Source: Chrysomallon squamiferum
Lineage: Eukaryota > Animalia > Mollusca
DNA length: 64,000 nucleotides
Assembly: GCA_012295275.1 (NCBI GenBank)
Contig: CM022667.1
Coordinates: 10,788,001 to 10,852,000 of the forward strand
Reading direction: 5' to 3'
Part shown: positions 57,319-64,000 of the stretch, in pieces
How positions within the stretch are numbered: position 1 is the first letter of the stretch
Layout: the number at the start of each line of letters is the position of its first letter
Translations under genes and position numbers: made by a program
Notes under the pieces: model-generated
Told to the model about the DNA's origin: nothing
Databases searched by the model: none
The model's input: only the letters and a program-made list of their open reading frames with translations

Positions 57319-60300
57319 TAATATTTGTAATATTTATTTTATTATATGAATATAGATAGACAGACAGATAAGTAGATATAAATGAATATTAAAATTACAT
57401 ATTTAATAATAAAGTACATGTTTACAAGATATTTACTGTGCAAACTATACTCAAGTTTGCCATTGTTGCTAAGATGTGGCTAAAAAAAAAAAAGATAATC
57501 CAATTTTAAAAAGAAATAAAATGATAAAAAGAAACTCTGCCGCAATAAAATAGAATTTAAAATAAGATAAAAATCTCTCCTTGTATGAAAGATCCATAAA
57601 ATGAAATAAAAATAAAATTAAGAAAAAAATAAATAAGAAATATAATAAAAAAAAAAATTCTGTAGCTATTGGGGTGATATTAAAACTGAAATAAATGTTT
57701 TTAAAATCTTAGTATTTTCCATATCAGAGTGGCAGATTTAGCAAAAATAAATAACTAAAATGAAATAAAATAAATAAATAAATAGATAAATAAAATTAAA
57801 AAAAAGAACAAAAAGAATTAAAATAGCTCAAGAGAGGAAGGACGAATTTAAAAAAAAATAAAATGAAAGATAAATAACTTACATAAAATGTCCTAAAAAA
57901 GTTTTAAAAATTAAAAAAGAAAATAATAAATAAATAAATAAATAAATAATAATAACAATACCAAAAAAATAATCAATTCTGAAATTATAAAAAAAAAAAA
58001 GAGGTCTTTCCAAACCACCAAAGAAGATATTTTGAAGATAGATTTAAAAAAATAAATAATAATAAAATTAAAATGAATTTAGAAAAAAAAAAAAAAAAAT
58101 TAGAAATAAATAAATAAAATTATCTTCTCAAAATCAAAGAAATGTTTAATCTGCCTTTTTCCAAGTTGTTTATGAAAATAAATTTTAGTAAAACTAAAAC
58201 TACATCCACAGTTTTGTGGTTTTGTCATAAAATTTTTTGTCACCCTAAAACATTAATTTTAATATCTAAGTGTACAGACTAAGCCTATGGTGAAATCCCA
58301 TTCAATAAAACCAGCTTCAAAATATCTTTTTAATTTTAATTGTTTATTGTTATTGTTATTATTATTATTATTATTTTTTCCATGCCTTCTTATGGTCTTT
58401 TTGTTTATTATAATTTTGTTTTGTTTTTTAAATTAAATTTAAAAAAGTGATTTGTTATAACTTTGGTTTTACTGTTTTTGTTGCTTGTGTTTTTGTTATT
58501 ACAATTTTGTAATTTTGAATTTATTTATTTTATGTATATTATTACTTTTATAGTTATTAGATTTTTGATTTTATCAAAAAATACAATTTGTTATTTCCAC
58601 GTTTGTAATTTATCATTTTTAATTATATCTTTTTATTAATTATTTGTTTTGTTTTTTTAAAATTATTGTTGTGCGTATGCAGTTTTACTTTTTATAATAT
58701 TTATTTTAACAGTTTTGGTTATTTTTTTTTATTTTAATGTTTTGGTTATTTTGAATAGATTAATCTGTTTTAATGTTTTTCTTAAAACTTAATATTTTAA
58801 TTATTTTTTTTGGTTATTTGTTTATTTTATTTTATCACTTATTTTTTTTTTTTACTGAAACCTTTAAATAATTTATTTTGATTTTTACTTTTTTATTTAC
58901 TCTTTCTTTTTAACTTGTTTCTTTTTTCTTTTTGTTTTGTTTTTTATTTTTTGTTGTCTTTTTTAAACGTTAAAAGTTTATTGGTTTTCGGTGTTAAAAT
59001 CAATTACTTTCAAATTTGAAATTTATTTTTATTTGAAATTAATAGAAACATTTCAATTTGGGAATTTGTGAAAGTATTTCTTTACAAAAAAAATAAATTC
59101 TGTTGCAGATTATTAACCAGTAACAGATGTTGATTTTATGACATCACAACAGTTGATGCTTTATGGTTGATAAATTATTAATTGAAAAAAAAAGAAAAAA
59201 AACAATTAAAAAAAAACAAAAAAACAACCCTTTACAATTAAATCAGAATAAATATTTTTGTTATAAAAAAAAATGTAAATTAGAAACAAATTATAGAAAA
59301 CATCCAATATGAAAACCACCTTTCTTCATTTTCTTTTTCATACTTTTCATGCATTTTGGTTCTTCTTTTTAACTCCACCTTTTAATAATATAATCATTAA
59401 GAATAATTATTTTTTAGCCATTTTTTTAAAGCATTCATTTGTCATTTTCCAAAGTAATTTTAGTTAAATAACATCATTATAAATTATACAAGCATTAATA
59501 ATTAACCACATACTTAATATATAAAAACATAAATATATGAAAATATTAAAAACAGTGATTTGATCCAGAATATTTCTGCTAATACATCAATCATCCATCC
59601 ATCCATCCATCCAATCATTCATTCATTCATTCATTCATTCATCCATCCATCTATTCATTTATTTTATTTCTTGATAAATATATTTATCTATTCATCTTTT
59701 GTTTTTATCCTCTATGCATCCATTGAATTTCCACATGATCATCAGTTTGTACATATTTCTAAATGTTCACTGCTGTCTAAGTCAAAGTTCAAATTTGTTT
59801 CCTTTCCCTCATCTTTGCTCTTCTGTCCCTCCCTAAAAGTAAACCCATATATTTTCTCTCTTACAAAAAAAAAAAAAAAAGCATGGAAGTTCGTATTGCC
59901 CCCTCCCAAGCTATTAAAGTAAAAAAAAAGAACCCACTAAAAATGAACAAACAAACAAAATAAAACAAAACAAGAAGACAGCAAGAAAACACTCTTAAAA
60001 ACTCTTTCATTCTTTCCTAACAACTCTCTTTCTCTCTCTCTCTCTTTATATTTTTCCACTCACTTTTTCTATTTTAAACCTCCTCCTCCTCCTCCTTCTC
60101 CATCTCTCCTCCTTTTCTCCCTCTCCCTGTTTTATCCCCCATCCTCGCCCATTCTATCACCCCTCCCTCCCTTAACTCCCTCCTCCTACTCACTCTAGTT
60201 TCTTGTTCCAGCCCAGCCCTGCCTGCTAAGAATAAGCATGGAAAATTGAAAGTAATATTTTGACACGTTTGATTTGTTGCAATATTCACGAGCTTGGCAT

Positions 60301-61601
60301 CTCTGCCTTTCCCCAGCTGTTCAGTTTGTGTCTGTGTGTCTGCGTGTATATACACACGTGTGTGTGTGTGTGTGTTTTGAGCGTAAGTAAGCAAATGTTA
60401 TGATAAATCAGAAAAGAAGTTCCCAGCTATTTGTAAAATGTTTGACACTTCCTATAATTTTTGGCAGTGCTGTTCATTTGACACAGACAGAGCTTAGTGG
60501 GCCTGAAAACAGCAAGATATGAAAAATTGAAACAAAAACCTAATAATTTATCACAGAAAAAAAAAGAAAAAAGAAAAAAGAAAAAAAATTATAGAAAAAA
60601 ATATATTTTTCTGGGTGGTGCTCCTTTCAGGCTATTTTTGTCAGAACTATTATTATTATTATTATTATTTTTTGTTTTTTTTTTTCTTTTCCCTTTCTGC
60701 TGTATAAATATTTTGCTAAAAGAAGTTCCTGGCAAAGAAATTTGTTTAGATGATAGATAAAAAAAAAAAAAAAAAAAACAACATATTTAAATATATATAT
60801 ATATATAAAATAAACTGGAGGAATTTTAAAAATGGAAAAAAAAAAAAGAGGGTTGTTAAATAAAGAGTAAAGAAAAATGAAGGAATGTTAAATTTGTTAA
60901 AGATAAATCAAATTTAAAATGTTTGATAAATTTGAAAATGACAATAAGAAAAAAGATAACTATTCAAAAGAAAATAATTTGTGATAATTTAGTGAGGGAA
61001 ACAAATAAAATAATAATTATAAAAAAATGTATTTATCAGAATAAAATATCATTTAAATGACATATCTGTAATAATGTCTAATACATAAATAAATAAATAA
61101 ATAATAATAATAGTTGTAATGATTGTGGTGGTAGTAGTTGGTATTTTGGTAGCAGTAGTAGTAGCAACACAATATAACTAAAAATGGAAAAACTTTGTGC
61201 AGAATTATAAATATTGAATTTAAATTATTATAATCAATGCATACATTAATTCTCTCTCTCTTTTTTAGTGTAAAGTAAGCACACATTTAATAATTAAATT
61301 TAATTTCTTTTTTAATATCATGTTTTTATTGCCAAGTTAATACATACATTGATATTTATCATTCAAAAATCATTAAGACAATTAACTTTTGTTTTTGCTA
61401 AAAATAATAACTAAAATTTTCTTCCAATTTTCTGCAAATGGATTTTCTTTGTACATTTATTACAATTATAAAAAATAATAATGTACTAATTAGGCTTATT
61501 TTGGGGAAAGTGCATAACTAACAAAACCTTAAAATATTAATATTATCTGTCTCTTTCTTTGTACATATACCTATATATATGTGTGTGTGTATGTCTTTGT
61601 A

Positions 61602-61651
<50 letters not shown>

Positions 61652-61789
61652 TATATATATCCTTATAATTATTCTGAGATCTAACAAAAGAAATGAACAT
61701 TCAGATGTTAATTTCAACCCATCATGTAATAACTGAAATATATCACACACACACACAGATGTAATTAACAAGCAAACACTGTCTAATAC

Positions 61790-62140
61790 ATTTCACCTGG
61801 CCTCCCCCCCCCCCCCCGTCCCTTCTCCTGATATTGACCAGTGTCAATCTTGTTAACCCCCCCACCTCTCTGAAATTGATCTCGCTGATGCTGTTGGAGA
61901 TGATACAAATCTGCCCCAGCTGGTTTTAACCCTTTTGCTGACAACTTCCCTTTGTCTTAGGGAGTTGGCTAATAGGCTGGGTATCCCAGGAGACACCCCT
62001 GACCCTGTTAGGGTTAAGTTATCACAGTTGGGTGCCAAAGGGTTAATCTTTTCAACTCCTGGGATCCTGATAAAAATCCGTTTTCGAGACAATTAATTGC
62101 TTTAACTTATGGTTACCGCGAAATGCTCAGTCGAAATCAA
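61790..62140. promoter_or_regulatory. Candidate intronic enhancer (GC-richer unique island with clustered GGGTTAA/TTAACCC motifs)
   Basis: Four motif copies at 61853, 61926, 62011 and 62040 within about 200 bp, in otherwise very AT-rich intron. Confidence 0.4.
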
Positions 62141-62538
62141 AAGCTTTTGATTTTTTGATTTGATTTTTTTCCCAGTCATTTATTTTATCATAAGTTATTT
62201 TATATGTATTTTATTTTATTGTTATAAATTTTTGTTGTTGTTGTTGTTTTGAGTTTGTTTTAAAAAAGAAAATGATTTATTATTTTATAATAATGTTTTA
62301 GATTAATGATTGTATTAAATTAGTTATTCCAGTCTTTATTTTGTGTAAATTTATTAAATGTATTTATATATTTTTTTTGTAAGGCAACAATTCTAATAAG
62401 TGTTTTTATATAGAATGGTTTTACTGATAAAAATGTTTAATTCTGTTCTTCTTTTTTTTTTTTTTTTTCTTTTTTATAAGAAAAATGAAACTAGAAAAAA
62501 TATGAAAGAAAAGGTTTTTAATATTTGAAATCAGCATT

Positions 62539-62569
<31 letters not shown>

Positions 62570-64000
62570 GTTTTCATACAAATATCTGTATTCTGGTTTT
62601 TATTTTTTTTTAATTAAACATCCATTAATTCAGTGGACATTAAATTATTATTTTTTGTATACTTTTATAAGTATTTGTTTATCTACATTATTTTATTCAT
62701 TAACTGAAACCATTTATTAATATTAAATGACAAATACTTTAATTAAAAATTCTCTTTATAATTATTAAAATGTCTCAATAATATGTGTATTTATTTATTA
62801 TTATATTTAATGAAACAGAATCCAGTTTCTAATATTTTATACTATTAGGTTTCCAAACAACAACCACAACCACCACCATCACTACTACTACTACTGCTGC
62901 TTCTACTACTACTACTATTACTGATACTTCTTTTACTATTACTACTCTACTACTATTACCACTACTACTACTACCACTGCAACAACTACTGCTGCTATTA
63001 TTATTACAACAACTACTGCTACAACAACTACTGCTACTACAACTACAATCACTACTATTACAACAACTACTGCTACTACAACTACAATCACTACTATTAC
63101 AACAACAACTACTACTACCACTATCAGCAATAATAACAGAACAAATTTTTAATATTTAGCAATAATGAATTTAATAACATCATCGTCAAAATATGAGAAT
63201 TTTTTATTTATATCTATGACAAATTAATCTTTGATGGATTACCTAATCCATGTGTAAATCCAGTTAACTCCTTTATCAGTGTCGATAGCAAGGGTGGATT
63301 ATCAAATATGAGATGAAGTATTTGTTTATGAAATCAGCTTGTTGACAACTCAAACTTGACAAGTTAAAACTTTACCTGTTACCTGTTGTAAATTTTAATT
63401 CTTAAGACAGGTTGACACAGATTATAATGATAACGATATTACAGATTACACCTGGACCAGGTAAAAAATATATATATATATATATATATATTGAACCTGG
63501 ATTTACAGGTAAGGGACTCACACCACAGATTTTGAGAAGAGACTGTAGTGAAAGGATTATGTAAATTAATTATAATACCGAGAAGAAGATTTTTAGTGAA
63601 AAAAGATTAAGTGAATTTATTATCATGCAGAAAAGATTTTGGATGAGGGATTTGATAATGAAAAGAAAATCCTGTCTTTGTTTAATGGATTAAAAGATAA
63701 AGGTTAAATCAGTGTCAGATTTTGTTCAGTGTCTGTGTCTGTGTCTCTGTGTGTGTTACTGTGTGTGTGTGTTGGGTGTGTGTGTTTGCGTGTGTTTGTG
63801 TGTGTATGAGTGTTTGTATAGGCATGTGTGTGTTTTAAATACATAAATAAATTCAGCTATTCTGCAGCTATTACTGCTGCTACCACAACTACTACCACTA
63901 CTACATTTACTACAACTGTTATTATTACTAGTATTAATATAACAACTATTATTATTGATACTACTACTATTACAACAACTGTTATTATTAGTAGTATTAA

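Larger units (their letters stand above)
47231..64000 (+). other. Intron 1 of the Sall-like gene (runs off the window)
   Basis: Consensus donor G|GTGAGT at 47231-47236. No ORF with C2H2 fingers or other credible coding exon seen downstream, although small exons cannot be excluded. Confidence 0.7.

Noticed and set aside
62870-63130. Thr-rich mucin-like reading with a 39-bp internal duplication
   Set aside because: Degenerate (ACT/ACA)n trinucleotide tract like many others in the window, with no splice signals.

Overview
AT-rich, microsatellite-dense animal genomic DNA. The composition suggests an invertebrate, possibly a mollusc or cephalopod, but this is inference only. Almost every ORF in the supplied track is a translation of simple repeats. 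The one convincing coding feature is too short for the track: a 73-nt first coding exon at 47158-47230 (+), MSRRKQTKPRHLDGDCDLPALIEN(G), ending at a G|GTGAGT phase-1 donor. It carries the N-terminal NuRD-recruiting motif of SALL/BCL11/FOG/ZNF423-521 zinc-finger repressors, and its length and phase fit spalt/Sall best. About 45 kb upstream has no recognisable gene and is dotted with CpG-rich non-repetitive islands, probably cis-regulatory modules. About 17 kb downstream is intron 1, with no zinc-finger exon visible. The most unusual structures are a ~185-bp inverted repeat pair about 8 kb apart, several degenerate minisatellites whose conserved cores look like transcription-factor sites (YY1/Pho+ETS, E-box+CRE, MYB), an excess of TCACGTGA sites, a structured uORF-containing leader, fold-back elements, and an abrupt CpG loss inside the intron. 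All motif and structure calls were made by eye.
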